Below, one piece after another: positions 10,296-24,124 of a stretch of 64,000 bases of DNA (its first letter is position 1; every line of letters starts with the position of its first letter). The stretch covers positions 14,198,001 through 14,262,000 of the forward strand of contig JBHGNT010000004.1 of assembly GCA_043228905.1 (NCBI GenBank). Direction: 5' to 3'. A program made the translations under genes and the position numbers. The stretch comes from Azolla caroliniana (lineage: Eukaryota > Plantae > Polypodiophyta). The notes under the pieces were generated by a model that saw only the letters and a list, made by a program, of their open reading frames with translations, was not told where the DNA came from and made no database searches.

Positions 10296-13200
10296 ATATT
10301 CCTCCTCTCTAAATTCAGGCACCTGCAAACCAATCCCATTACAAATGAATCCATTATCAAAATCATCCTCTTCCTCCAGAGAAAATGGCTCTAGAATAGT
10401 CCGTGCTCGGGACAACATATCAACCATAACATTGGTTTTCCCTGTAACATGTCGGATCTCTAGGTTAAATGTTTTAATATAGGCAATCCATCTCAGCATG
10501 GATATATCTATAGAAGAGCATCTTGAAATCATTCCAAGGATCGACAGAGAATCCGTCTCTATAACCACTTCCGATCCAATCAAATAATCCTTGTCTACTT
10601 TAATCGCAGAAACTATGCCCCACAACTCTCTCTTTATTTGAGCATACATTCTTTGTTGATCATGTAAAATCTTTACTCCAAACCGAATAGCATATTGATC
10701 TCCAGTTTCATCCTCTTGATTAATAACCCATCCGATTCTAGTCGGACTTGCATCTACAGTCACAAAGATAGGTCGACCTTGCTCATATATAGGTAGTCGC
10801 AAGGCTGGTGCAGATGACAAAAGTATCGTAATCTTCTTCATGGCCAATGTATGCTCCTCCTCCCATATAAACCTTTTTCCTTTCCGTAATAGCTTATATA
10901 AGGGATTAGCAATATGTGCAAAATGTGGAATCCAAATATGATAAAAAACACATGCACCTAAAAACCGTCTTACTTCTGATGTTGACTTGCAGATATCCTC
11001 CATTGCATTGATGTCATCCACGTTGGCTGGATCAGGTTTCCGACCATAGGGGCCATACAAATGTCCCACAATCTGCACTTCAGATCTACCAAAACTTGAT
11101 TTTTCTCTAGAAATTGTCAAATGTGCCTCCTCTAAATTCTTCAATATGTCTTCACAGTTTGCTATATGATCTGAGACGAATTTCCGACATCCATCCAACC
11201 CAACTTCTTCATCCTTCTCCTCTTTTAGACATCCTTTAATCGGAATGTCATCCAAGAAAGGCATTGTTCGACGAGGAATGTGATCCCTGAGCACCTTATT
11301 CATTGCGTTCATCATATGAGCGATAGAATTAGTTGCACCTTGTGGTAAAGTACACATTCTAACCAGCCCAATAGGTCTACGCATTATAGTAATATCCCTA
11401 CTATCCAAAGCAAGCTGAAATTGATCATATCCAGAATACAAAATCAGCCATGGAGTAGATAGCTCTACCTACAAAAGATTATGTGAAGGAATCCACGACG
11501 GGACCAACTCTTGAATTCTGAATCGTTACTTTGTTAATTGGTTGGAGATCTTAATTGAACATGAGAGATCCGTTCTTTTTTGGCACTGTAAACCACCTGT
11601 TAGAATATGGAGCATTCAAAGGCTCCAAGATACCCATCTGCACCTTCTCTTTTAGCAACTCAATGAGTTTTGGAATATGAGCTCTTGGAACAAGAATTGG
11701 TTTCAAGTTCCAAGGCATATGAGGGACAATAAAGATAATCATTGGCTCCACCAGTTATGGGTCCACACAACCTATCTCTGAAGGTGAAAAAGTAAAAGCC
11801 TTACTATGTTGAGATAACATCTTTTGAAATTGGCTCTCTTCAACTTGATTAAGGAAATCACCCCCTCCTATCTAAAGCTTCCCTTGCGAAGACTCCATAA
11901 ACACATGACCAATCCTCCTCGGATCTCGTAACATTGGTTCTTCCTCTACCTTTTTTTAGCAACCATATCCATCCGATTTTGAAATGCTGCAATTTCATCA
12001 TACATATCCACTGAATTGGCTAGAATAAAAAATGACTGACCTTCATTTGAATACAAAGAATTTTCCAACTCTCCAATGGTATCCACAAAGGAAAGTTCCT
12101 GCATAATTCCTGACACCTAATCATCTGGTTCCAGAATCCGATGTTTAAGAAGCATCACCCGAATGTCTTCCACATTTACCTAACTTTTACAATTTAAATC
12201 ATCAATAGAAGAAAATGAGATTGCTCCTGTCTAAAAAACATAAACTTTATTATTTCTAGAACAATTATTCTCATACAGGGACTTTTGTTGTCCCAGACTA
12301 TTATAGCCCTGTTTGACAATAGTCCTATCTAAAAATCCTGATCAGAGGATACATGTAAACTATCCTTGTTTCTTTCATGATTAGGTCGAACTGTCTAAAA
12401 TTGTATTGTCCTTCCACCATCCATATCTTTGATCCGAGCATAGGCTGATCCATCGTCCAATACCTTGGTCTCCATGCGGACAACAACCATAAAGGGTTGC
12501 CCCAATATAACTCAATATGTGGCTGAATCTTGAATAAAGAAATGTTGAAGCATAGTAACACCCCCGATTGACACCTCCACATCTGGGCAAGCTCCAAATA
12601 ACTCCTCTGATTCCGAGTAAAGTGGCTCCTCGGAATATTATCTTCATGCTTCAGCACTTGTGTAGATCCTTCTTTCCAACCAACCTCCTTTGCAGTCATT
12701 GTTGTATCAACTGTAATTCGCTTTCTTCGCATCTTCTCCAGTAAATCATCTTGAACTTCCTCTTTGGAAACTTCCAACAAGTCTCAATGTTGCTTTAGAA
12801 CATAATTCTCAATGAAAGAGAAAGCATCTACCTCTTGTTCCAATTCAGTTCGCATCCGGAATGTTGGAGATGACTTCTTGGATACTTGTATAGGGTTTGG
12901 TTCAGCCTTTTGCATGTCCAAATTTTGCTTTTCGGATGGAGAACGAAAATCAGCCCTCTTTAGAACTCGTTCACGATCCAACTCTTCCTCTCTTCTCCTC
13001 TTCTCCTCTACCATCACATCATAATTTGTGGGAAAAGGTGAATCACTCCAACCAGTCATTTGACAACCATCTTCAATAAGAACAATTTGGATAGTTGGAT
13101 CTTGCTTGGGGAATTCAATTAGTCGAATAGCAGCCAAAGTAGAATGGAAAATAGCTTGTGCATGTCGAAGCTCTTCTTCCTCCAAGAGCTTTTTCATTCC

Positions 13201-14197
13201 TCCTCGCCCAAAATTTGTCTTTAGTGGTTGACGAGTCATGGATGAGTGGATCAACCAATCCTTGTAGAATATGAGGTTCTTCTGCATCGCTTCCTAATGC
13301 TCCGCACACTCCGATCTTCAAGCTCCAAACTGTCACACCATAAGCATCGAAAATCCCTAGTCGGAAGAGTTCGTTGCACTTGTGGCTAATGTTGCACCTT
13401 CGACATGGAAGAAATCTTCCACTCCATGAATTTCTTCACTAGGTCATCTACGTCACTTGGTTGTGGTTTCTCCATAGATGCCTCAATCCCTGTTCCTGTC
13501 TTCAAAGAGAAGGTTAGAGTAGCATTTCTAGGTCCCTTCAAGCCCAACCATGTTCTTCTTTTCTCACATCAAAGGCAGATGGACCAAATTCGGCTCCAGT
13601 CCTCCTCTAAACCTGTTTCAGTTTCAATTGATTCCATAAGTTTTCCTAGCTCTACCCTATCTGCATCGGGAACCGAGCGAAGGAAGAGAACCACCTTCTT
13701 TGGTTCAAGCAAAGTTTTCTCCTGAACTGAGAGTTGTCGGAACTTTGCTTCAAAATTAGTAAGGGTCTCTAGAACTAACCCATGCTTCTTGTCCAACTCC
13801 ACCCAAGCTTCAAATGCCCGCCAAGTCATCTTTGTAGAATCAACATAATTAAAAACACCGAGCAAATCACGACGGAATCCCTCCCATTCAACATCTTATG
13901 TTTGAAGCTCTTCTATGATCGGAAGAACATCGGCAGCTACCACACGATGGAAGTTGGATTTCTTCAAATCAGAGGGAATATTGCGATGTAACATCTCTGC
14001 ACGAACACCTGCAAAAATCGGGTCACATACTTTCCAGTGAATGGACCTAACTTCTCTAATACCCCATCCACAACTCGATCTAGGTTTGGACTCCTCTCCC
14101 TCCTTGTGAGAATAGGTTCTAGAATTGATTGAAGTTGTATTGCATCCATGTTCGAAGATGTAAAATCCCAAAGAACTCACTCTCCTTGCCGCCCGTT

Positions 14198-14215
14198 TTC
14201 ACGTCAGGTTCACCA
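14198..14215 (-). promoter_or_regulatory. Primer binding site, tRNA-Trp
   Basis: TGGTGAACCTGACGTGAA, 2 nt from the LTR; 17/18 complementary to the plant tRNA-Trp 3' end (TTCACGTCGGGTTCACCA, recalled sequence). Confidence 0.8.
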
Positions 14216-14217
14216 CA

Positions 14218-15030
14218 TGTCATGTTGAAGCACATCGCATATAAGAGCTTGGCGTGTCCGGGCAGAACCACTGGAATTCTGAACCAGGAGAGTGGAAATA
14301 AGAAGATGAAAGAGAAGAGTGGGAAGTTGAGCCGGAAGTATCTCAATAGTCACGATTGGTTTGCAGCCCTACCCGTGAAGATAAAAAACCTTATATCGTT
14401 CCACCTACTTAACCAAATTAAGTGTGCAAACAAAGATTGGAAAGCCCTCTGGAAGAGCTTTCCAACGAGCTATAGAATGTTGAAGACAGACGTCACAATT
14501 GAGAGTTATGAAGAAAATACCATACAACGCTACTCATTAAACGCAGACGAAGAAGAAATGCCAAAATAGGAAATTCACTATTTCTTCGAGAGAAAACCCT
14601 TTACAAAATAGGACTCTTTGATTGTTCCCCCCCCTCCATGACAGAAGTCCTCCCCTCTTATACCAAATTGATGTCTTTACATGTAGCCCACGTGGCACAC
14701 ACCTAGAGAAGCTTGTGCATGTGTGCGATATAAAGCATGTGGGCCATGTGGCACACATGTAGAGAAACTTTGCATGTGCATTATATGGTGCACATGAAAT
14801 ACATTACATGGTTTTGACTACACAACATTTGTTCCCAAATAATGCAAATAAATCCCTATGAACAGTAATACTAAAGAAGTTTGAGTCTAGAATGTAAATC
14901 AACTCCAATGAGTCGAATCAGGTGGATCTCCAAGGAGTGTTGGGTGACCGAACCAAGTTGAGATGTGTGGTTGTAGTTGAGGCAAGTGTGGTATCGTGGT
15001 GGCACCAATCGGTCATATCCCTTTACGACA
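14218..15030 (-). repeat. 5' LTR of Trp-gypsy 1
   Basis: Direct repeat of 5902-6716, adjacent to the PBS. Confidence 0.92.
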
Positions 15031-16169
15031 ACGGTCATTTCGATTATAAGGTAATGCCTTTCAGCCTCACTAATGCTCCTGCAATATTTCAACATATGAT
15101 GAATGACATCTTCTGAGAATATCTAGATCACTTTGTTGTGACCTATCTAGATGATATCTTGGTCTTCTCTTCCAACATCAAGGAGCATACTCTACATGTC
15201 AGGTTAGTCCTCGCCAAAACTTTGCGAGCACAAACTCTATGATAAAAGTGAAAAATGCGAATTTGATCGTACTTCTGTAAAGTTTCTTGGGTAAGTCATT
15301 TTGACACAGGGAATTACAATGGACACATGGAAAGTCAAGACTATCCAAGAGTGGGTATGAGATGTGCAATCATTCCTTGGTTTTGCCAATTTTTATCATC
15401 GCTTGATCAACGGATTCTTAGTGATCACACAACCTCTCATTGCTCGTACCCGCAAGGATGCCACTTTGGAATGAACAATAGCTGCCGAAAAGGCATTCGA
15501 TTTGCTGAAACGGGCCTTTACTATGGCACCAATCCTTTTACATCTTGACCCCACTAAGCCTTTCCAAGTCGAAATGGATGCTTCTGATATCGCCATTGGG
15601 GCGATCCTCTCCCAGCCAGATGAGGTCAGTGTGCTTCACCCGGTGGCTTACTACTCCCACAAATTCACAACCCTAGAAATCAACTACCCCATTTACGACA
15701 AAGAGCTTCTTGTTATTATTGCTGCTTTCTAGAATGGAGACCCTATTTAGTCGGGGCGTAACACCATATCCAAATGATTACCAATCACAAAAATCTAATA
15801 TACTTTTCTACCATACGAATCTTAAATCGTAGACAGGCGCGATGGTCAACCTTCTTAGCAGACTATGATTTTGAGATAATCTTTCGACCCGACGCTCAAC
15901 ACATGACAATTGATGTCTTAGCTCGACGGTTTGAGTTCGAGCTCACTCGGAGGATGAAGCCTATGTTCAGCAGTCCCAGAGTTTGTTAAAGCCTGACCAA
16001 TTCTACAACTTCGTGACTTGCTTGCTCCGGGATGACTCTTTATTCAAGCAAATAGCAGAAGACACTACAACTGACAAGTTCTCCACAGAGATCAAGGCAA
16101 ATATCACAAACCCCTCCCATGAACCCAAAAGACCCAATTTAGCTCGTTTTACAATTCAGGATAATCATG

Positions 16170-16240
16170 ACATGAGAAGATTCGAACCCATGACCTTATG
16201 TTACATGGGTCGAGCCCTTGCCAGTAGACTATGCATTGTA
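16170..16240 (-). other. tRNA-like (Pol III A/B box) segment inside LTR #3, antisense to the element
   Basis: The minus strand reads GCA-TAGTCTACTGG-CAAGGG...TAAGGTCATG-GGTTCGAATCT-TCTC. Confidence 0.7.
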
Positions 16241-16314
16241 ATACGAAAGATATTATTTTCATTTATTATTTCACTATAGAAAATTCATGTAGAACATTCT
16301 AGAAACCTCAGGAG

Positions 16315-17031
16315 TGTTAGGAAACAGGTCCCTCCGGATGGGAAGTGAGAAGAACAGTACTGATGAGCAAACTCGGTCGAGGCCAAAACCGGATGTGGAA
16401 GACCCAGCTACGGAAGACCCGGTGAGAACCGGATGACGAGTACCCGGCATGAGCCAGATGGTGAAGACCCGGTGAGAACCGGATGTGGAGTACTCGGCAA
16501 CGGAAGACCGGTGAGAACCGGATGACGTGTGCCTGGCAAGCGCCGGATGATGCAGGCCTAGTGAGGAGTGCTCACTGGATGAAGGGACATATTCGTAAAT
16601 ATGTTTCTAAGAGTCCATCGGGGCTATATTTGTAAATAGCTGAAAAGTCATATTAGTACAAATATGACTTAGGGCAAATAGAGATAAAGTTGTTGTCATT
16701 CTTGTTGGCACAAGATTAGAGCGTGCAACTGTGCACAGAGAGAGTGAGAGAGAGGAAGAGGTCGTTGCCTCTGTTGTAACCACCGCCTGTGGCGAAGATA
16801 GAAAGCTCGAGGTCATTGCTTCGGTGCTTTACCATTTGTACATTCTGACATAGTGATAGTTTGCAGTCTGTGGGTTGCCGTGGTTTTTTCCCTAGTTTGG
16901 GTTTTCCACGTTAACATCCTGTGTACTCTTCTCTCCATTGTGTCGTGCATTCATTCCCCGTTTTTTCTGTGTTTTGATTCTAAGCTCGGTTGTGGCCGAG
17001 CGTTGTTCATTGGGAGCGTGTGTTCATATCA
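16315..17031 (+). mobile_element. Copia solo LTR related to the LTRs of element C
   Basis: TG...CA ends and an AGGAG TSD (16310-16314 / 17032-17036). Homologous to the reverse complement of 25808-26546, including degenerate U3 tandem repeats. Confidence 0.9.
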
Positions 17032-17339
17032 AGGAGTACTCCTGAAAACACTATATAAGGAGGCACAAGGCATTATTTCGAACCAAATCGGGTCAACGCC
17101 AGTCTTAAGCCTCCTAGATACTACTGTATATTCTATTCACATAATATATATTTTTTGTTATCATCACTCTCTCTCTTTCTTTTCTTTTTTTTTGTAAATG
17201 TATGTTTATATTAAAACAACATGATAATACAAAAAAACCTTGCTATCAAAACTACGTCAAAGGGAGCGATGTTTGTATCATCACTCTCTTTCTCTCTCAA
17301 TATCTCTCTCTCTCTCTCCCTCTCTCTCTCAGTCTTTCC

Positions 17340-17915
17340 GTCTCTCGAGAGTTCTACACCTCTCTTAGTACTAATCCTCATCTTTTAGTACTAATTCCTT
17401 CTCTGTCTTAGTACTGCTCCTGACAGTTTGAACCGATTTTCCGGTCTCCTTCCTCCTCGTCCTTCTCTCTTCTTACTTCTCCTTCCCTTCATACTAATAT
17501 CTTATTCCTCTTTTCTCTAATACTATGGCGACTGTTAGCGCTCAAGAATATCAATCCATTTTCTCGGAGTTGCAATGCTTGAAAGATAAGTTTCTTGCAT
17601 TGGAACGAGAAAATCAACAACTGTTGGGTCTCTCGAGAGTTCTACACCTCTCTTAGTACTAATCCTCATCTTTTAGTACTAATTCCTTCTCTGTCTTAGT
17701 ACTGTTCTTGATAGTTTGAACCGATTTTCCGGTCTCCTTCCTCCTCGTCCTTCTCTCTTCTTACTTCTCCTTCCCTTCATACTAATATCTTATTCCTCTT
17801 TTCTCTAATACTATGGCGACTGTTAGCGCTCAAGAATATCAATCCGTTTTCTCGGAGTTGCAATGCTTGAAAGAGAAGTTTCGTGCATTGGAACAAGAAA
17901 ATCAACGGCTGTTGG
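17340..17915 (+). repeat. 288-bp tandem duplication spanning the LTR end, primer site and gag start
   Basis: 17340-17627 is repeated at 17628-17915 with a few substitutions. Confidence 0.9.
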
Positions 17916-19770
17916 GAGATCTTCAACAAATCTCCTTAGAGAACCAACAGACACAACAACAACATGAGGAATTAGCGTTACGCGTGCACAACTCGAAGCG
18001 ATCATAGTAGGGTTGCAACAACAAGGACCAAATACGCAAGGGATTCATAAAGAGCAATGTGATCACAGTTTAGAGGATTCCTTAATAAGGTATGATTAGT
18101 CATTCAAATAAATCCTTCCCTATATCCCACCGATGAATCACGAGTGTCTCTAGTACGCACGTTGTTAAGTGGCTCAGCTTTGGCATGGTTCGCTCCGTTG
18201 TTAGAAAAGGAATCTCCATTACTAAATAATTTTGAAAAGTTTATAACTGAGTTTAAAGCTTGTTTTGGAAATATTGATAGCATAAGGACAACAATCAACA
18301 AAATCCGACGATTACGTCAAGGTGACCGTCTAGCCTCCGCATACGCTGCAAATTTCCGTCTACTCGTCTCTGATATCCCCTGGGATGACCAAGCATTAAT
18401 GGAGCAATTTCGTGATGACCTACGTAACGATGTCAAGGATTTACTCTTGACCTTCTTGTTGAGATACAAGCTCAAGATTGGCCGGATCGGCTGTGCAAGC
18501 CAAGAACCGAATCGGTTTGGACCGATCAGTTAGGCCGGATCAGTGCGTAAACTAGTGTGTCAACTGGTGCACAAACCGGTATGCAACAAGAGGCCGGATC
18601 GGTGCAGAAACCGGGACGCCGTTGAACAGATATTCCGCGAGGGAATATATTTGGGAGTTAGTGTAGGAGCTCAATTATGAGCATTGAAGTACGTGTCAGT
18701 ACTTCTATCAGTTCGTAATGTGCGTCAACGTGACATGATAGTGGCTGACTACACCTCCAAGATAAAGGATATTTGTGACACCCTCGCCTCCATTGATGTG
18801 AACGTTGAGGAGGGCGAAATGGTGCAGATCTACCTCAGGGGATTGGCGTTGAAGTTCAGAGCATTCCGAACTGCTATTTGTACAAGGGAGAATACGACGT
18901 CATTTTTCAACTTGCAATCGATGTTCCTTGTAGAGGAGAATCATGTGGGTGAATCCACGAGTATGCAAGCCGACAACAAGATGGTGTACATGGAGAGAGA
19001 TTGGCGCCGTGGTCGTGACGGACGAGGCGAGTCGGCGCGCAATGGAGGCGGCCGACGGAAGCAAGGAAGAAGGCATCATGGTGATGCCGACACAAATTCC
19101 GGGGAGTCGAGGAGGTGACAAGAACCAGCAAGGGAAACACGCCACGAAATGCTGGTATTGTGGCAAGAAAGTCCACAAGGAGAATGAGTGTTGGAAGAAG
19201 TGCACCAATTCAAAGAAAACCGAATCCAGATACGGATGGATCGAGCAAGGAAATCGGCAGTGGACACACTACACTGAAGGATCCAAAAAAGTCGAAAAGG
19301 GGGCAGCCTTTGTGACAGGAAACGAAGCGAACTCGATGAAGAAGGACACCCTGAAATCGAACGAAGTGTGGTATGTTGACTCTGGAGCGTCAAACCATAT
19401 GATGGGCCATAAAGAGTGGTTCTCATATCTGGAAAAACTGGAACAACCGAGAGTAGTCGCAACAGGAGATGACACTCCGCATCCGATCGTACATGTCGGT
19501 GAAGTTCCCCTCAGCCACATCGGGCAAAAAGGAAAGCTAATGAATGTGTTACACGTGCTGACAATTACGAAGAATCTGGTGTCGGTTGGACATATCGTCG
19601 ACCAGGGGATGCAAGTCCGGTTCACGCATCTCGGGTGCTTCATCGAGGAAGAAGGCCAAGTTATTGCATAAGGGCACAGAGATGGGAGGATGTTCGTCCT
19701 CGACACCAATGACGTAGGCACCGCCACGTTCACGAAAGGGCAAAAAGTCGAGTCGGATATTGTCTTGTGG

Positions 19771-20994
19771 GCAATGACATAACCCAATATTCTTCCCAAG
19801 GGGAAGACTTCCTTGTAGGAGACTTAAATGCGAGAACCCGATCCCAAAAATGCACACTATTTGAGATGGATAAAAACCTAGACATGGTGAATATCGACCC
19901 TTTAGTCATAGGCATCACACGTAGGTCTAAAGATCAAGGTTTGGCCATCATTTGCTTGAACTTGGAAGTCGACATCATTTTGCAAACCATAGCTTCCTAT
20001 ACTTTGAGCGAAAGTGCGGCACCTCCAACGCCACCAACTCTAGTCAACCAAACCATCACACCAGCATACATTTCACGGATGAGCACTTTGACATCTACTC
20101 CCAACATGTTCAAGCCCAACTCTCCTCTATTGATTCTTCCCTGCCTTTAGAGAACCTAACTACAGAACTCATGCACATCCTTCACTTAGAAGGATTTAGT
20201 AGCTTCCCATACACAAAACACTCCAATCAAAATAGAATAGGGTCTATGCCACATAATAGGTGGTATGATGAAGATTGTATAGCTTTGTATAGACAACTTA
20301 AAGTGTCGCGACTTAGTGGTACTATTTCCTCAGTACAGGCTCGCAAAGAGATGCGCAAGATGACACGTCATAAAAGACGAGCTTGGGAAGCATCTCAATA
20401 TAGGGAACTCTACCACATGCTCATGAGTAGGGACTGGACCCTTGCATGGAAGAGACTACGGGAGCCGAGACCACAAACATCCATTGAGGACCCCCACGCT
20501 TGGCACACATATACAGAGAGACTACCACGTCCCGAACCAACCACCCATTCCAATGCCTTCCACACCTCGACCCACCATGGGGACACTTTTCACGAAGATC
20601 ATAAAAAAATTACAACATAGGAAGTCCATGGACCACATAGGATTGCGAGCCGAACACATCATATATGCGCGAGAGTGCTTAGCTCCTTTTCTCACTCTAA
20701 TCTTCAACCATGCCCTCGCTGAGGGTTTTCCACCACAATGGACCATGAACACAGTGACCCCTATACATAAAGGAGGGGCCCCAATGCAGCCAAATACATA
20801 TAGGACCATCATGATAGTTCATACGCTTGCTAAACTATGTGGTGCAGTAATGGAAGCAAAGCTTAGCGATTATATGCAGACCTTAAGCCTTCGAGCACTT
20901 GAGCAGGCTAGCTTTAGACGAGCCTTCTCCACTATTGACCATATCTTCACACTTAGATGCTTGATTGACCAGACGAAGGATCGCAAGAAGAAAC
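19771..20994 (+). mobile_element. LINE ORF2 fragment (endonuclease end and RT N-terminus)
   Basis: VGDLNART, WYDEDC, PIHKGG..PNTYRTI, QASFRRAFSTIDHIFTLR; frameshifted. Confidence 0.85.
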
Positions 20995-23900
20995 TGTGAA
21001 AGATTGCTTGTGGAAGCGTTAGAAAGAACAGTACATAGAGAGACAGAGAGTACGCGAGAGAGACAGAGAGAGAGAGAGAACACACTATTTTTTCAAAATT
21101 ATATGAATACTCTATACTCTCTATACTCTGTATCTACAACGCGCTCATCAGCACTATTTATACAAGTCCACACGGGACTGTTAGAAGTATGGTGTACTTC
21201 AATGCTCACACGAGCGTCTGACACTAACTACGAGACTATAACTGCCTAGTAGTCTAACCTATACTAGGCTTTCGGTTACGGATTGGATCCGGCATACCGG
21301 CTCCCCAGCTCACTAGTCCTTATTGCTTACCTGCTCGGTTGCTCACCGGCATACCAATTCATCTCGCTTACCGGCTCAGGCTTATTCAGCCGATCCGGCT
21401 CCGGTTGAGCTGGCCGCTCAACACTCCCCCTCAAGCTCAACCTGAGGTAGGGTCGTGGTGTCAACCTCTGTGGCAGCCGGTTCTTCCAACCGACTTCTCC
21501 TGGCATCGCTTCGCCTTGCTCCCGCTCCTTGTCCGGTCCGGTCCCGTTTGCCGCGACCCCTTTGGTTCTACGTGCCTCGACCTTCGGCATGTCTGCTCAA
21601 TAGGCCCATTTCAGCTCCTTCGCTACTATGACTCCGGCACTTGCCGATCCGTTGGTTCCTCTGCGATGGCATTGACTTCTGCTGCGTCTGTGTCTCCTTG
21701 GCCTCTAGTTGATCCGACTCATCCGGAACCGTTTGTTGATCCGAATCGGCTGTCTCCGACTCGTTCCAACTCTTGTGCGAATCGGTATCCTCCGATTCGA
21801 TTTTCGGCTTCCGGCCTCTCACCACATCAGACCACGTCCGGGTCTTGGCCTTCTCCGTGCTTCCCTTGGCTTCTTCAGCCGGTTCATCGAAGTCGAATTC
21901 TTCATTCGACTCTGCATCATGGCCATTATGATCGTGATGACCTCCACATAGCATGCACTTCTCTTCCTGAGTATACACTCCTTCTTTACAGCCGCTCACT
22001 CCGACCTATTCGTTTTTTTCTTCTTGTCTCCACGTCTACCGGTTCTTCTCTTACCTACGGGTTCAACAGTGTTTTTGCCTTTGCCCGTTTCGGTAGTGTC
22101 TTTGCCCTTGTGTCTCCCCCTCAAGTGTGGCACGTCGAGATGCTGAACACCAAGCATTTCGGTAAAGTGCTGCAACTTGTCCGACCCGAGCGGTTTGGTG
22201 AAGATGTCGGCAACTTGCCGATCCGTGTGAACATACCGTAGTTCAACTTCACCGCTCAGGACCCGCTCACGCACGAAGTGATAATGCCCTTCTATGTGCT
22301 TTGTGCGAGCATGGAACACAGGGTTCTTGGCGAGCTGCATGCTGCTGAGGTTATCGCAGTAGATCAGGATCGGGGTCAGTACCTCGATCCGCAAGTCTTG
22401 CAGCAGCCGCCGAGGCCAAATGGCTTCGCAGGTGGCAACGATCGCGCCCCGGTATTCAGCCTCAGTGCTGGATAGAGCCACTATTGGCTGCTTTTTGTTG
22501 CTCCATGCAACAACCGTGCTCCCAAGAGAGAACATAAAGTCGGAAGTTGAGCGGTGATCTGATGCATCGCCAGCCCAGTCGGCATCCGTGTAGCCGACAA
22601 GCTCTTCGGTTATACCTTGCCGGTATAAGAGCCCCCGGTCCTTAATGCCGCTTACATACCTCAGTATTCGTTGCGCGCACTGAAGGTGCTCCACGGTCGG
22701 CTTCTGCATGAATTGGCTTACCACTCCGACCGGATAGCTAATGTCAGGTCGGGTGATGGTCAAGTAGATTAGGCTTCCAACTATTTGTCGGAACTATTTC
22801 TCATCGCAGGCCGGTCTGGAGTTGGGACGGATCTTTTGGTTCTGGTCCAGGGGTGTGGAGACAGGTCGGCATTCCATCATGCCGAACTTGTACATCATAT
22901 TCAACACATAATGGCGTTGAGAAAGCAATATGCTGTCGGGGGTACGGATCACCTCGATCCCCAAGAAATAATGATGGTCCCCCAAGTCCTTCATATCAAA
23001 TGCATCTGACAACTAGGACTTGACGCAGTTGATTTCCGAAAGACCTCGGCTAGTGATAACTAAATCATCAACATAGACTAAGATACATACCAGACCGTTT
23101 GAGCCTTGACAGATGAACAGGGAAGAGTCCGACTTAGAGGCAACAAACCCCATCTTTCGCAACCGGTGTGTGATCTTAGCATTCCAAGCATAGGGGGGCT
23201 TGCTTCAAGCTGTACAGCGACTTCCTCAGCCGGAAAACCGCCGACTTGTTCACCTCCGACTAAAATCTGGGGGGCTGAGTCATAAAGACTTTTTCTTCAA
23301 GATCTCCTTGAAGGAAGGCATTCTTCACATCCATCTGATGAAGATGCCACCCCCTTGCCGCAGTAACCGCCAGTACCACACGAACCGTCGTCATCTTCGT
23401 TACAGGAGCGAAGGTCTCATCGTAGTCGATTCCGTGGGTTTGCGCATATCCCTTCGCCACTAACCGGACCTTGTACCGATTAACTGTACCGTTGGCATTG
23501 TACTTTACCTTGTACACCCACTTGCATCCAATCGGTTTACAGTGACGGGGAGGGTCAACCAAGTCCCAAGTTCCGTTGGCATCCAATGCCCGCATTTCTT
23601 CCTCCATAACGGCACGCCAATTTGCGTCCTTTGCCGCTTCTGCGTAGCTCTCCGGCTCACGCACTTCCGCGACCTTGGTCATGTACGCATAATGATGCGC
23701 CATGTACTCGTTATACCCGTACCGTTTAACGGGATCCTTCTGACGAGTGGACCGGCGTAACTCACCGTTACCCGGTATGAGACCCTTCTTGGCCGGTTCG
23801 GTTTTCGTTCCCGAAGATCTGCCTATGTTCTTGCCGAAGTCAGATACGCACCGATCCGACTCATTATTGCCGGTCTCGAATTTCGGCATCTTCTACTTCC

Positions 23901-24124
23901 CTTTCTCTTTGCGTGTGAACAGTCTCCTTGGTTCTTTGCGCGGGGAGAGCACGACAGAGTCTCCACTACTCGCCGTCTCATCATCCGACTGGTTGGACTG
24001 ATCCAGTCTCTCATTCGGTCCGCTTAACCGGAACGATTCCAGACTCTCATCTTGAGTCCCGGCTTCATCTTTCTCTACCTGGGCCAGTTCGGGCTCACTA
24101 GCCCCATCCTCCGACATCAGGTCG
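20995..24124 (-). mobile_element. Copia element E, 3' half (RT, RNase H, tail, PPT, 3' LTR 20995-21423)
   Basis: ORFs 23260..23889 and 21996..22763 ([43 protein letters not shown]). The LTR matches 52375-52786. Confidence 0.9.

Larger units (their letters stand above)
5902..15030 (-). mobile_element. Full-length degraded Ty3/gypsy element with a tRNA-Trp PBS (Trp-gypsy 1)
   Basis: LTRs at 5902-6716 and 14218-15030. Removing the element and one ACGG TSD (5898-5901 / 15031-15034) restores host TCYGHFDY. PBS at 14198-14215; PPT next to 6717. Contains gag, RT (YSGYDQF..LPQGATNS..MPFLDD), RNase H and integrase fragments. Confidence 0.92.
3469..16162 (+). mobile_element. Tcn1/Tf1-like Ty3/gypsy element #2 (degraded), carrying the nested 5902-15030 insertion and interrupted by element #3
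   Basis: LTR 3469-3957 (TGTCA...TGACA); gag from about 4140; protease ALLDSG near 5030; RT ([35 protein letters not shown]) continuing at 15035 ([16 protein letters not shown]); RNase H (MDASD.AIGAILSQ, NYPIYDKELL). Many stops. Confidence 0.88.
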
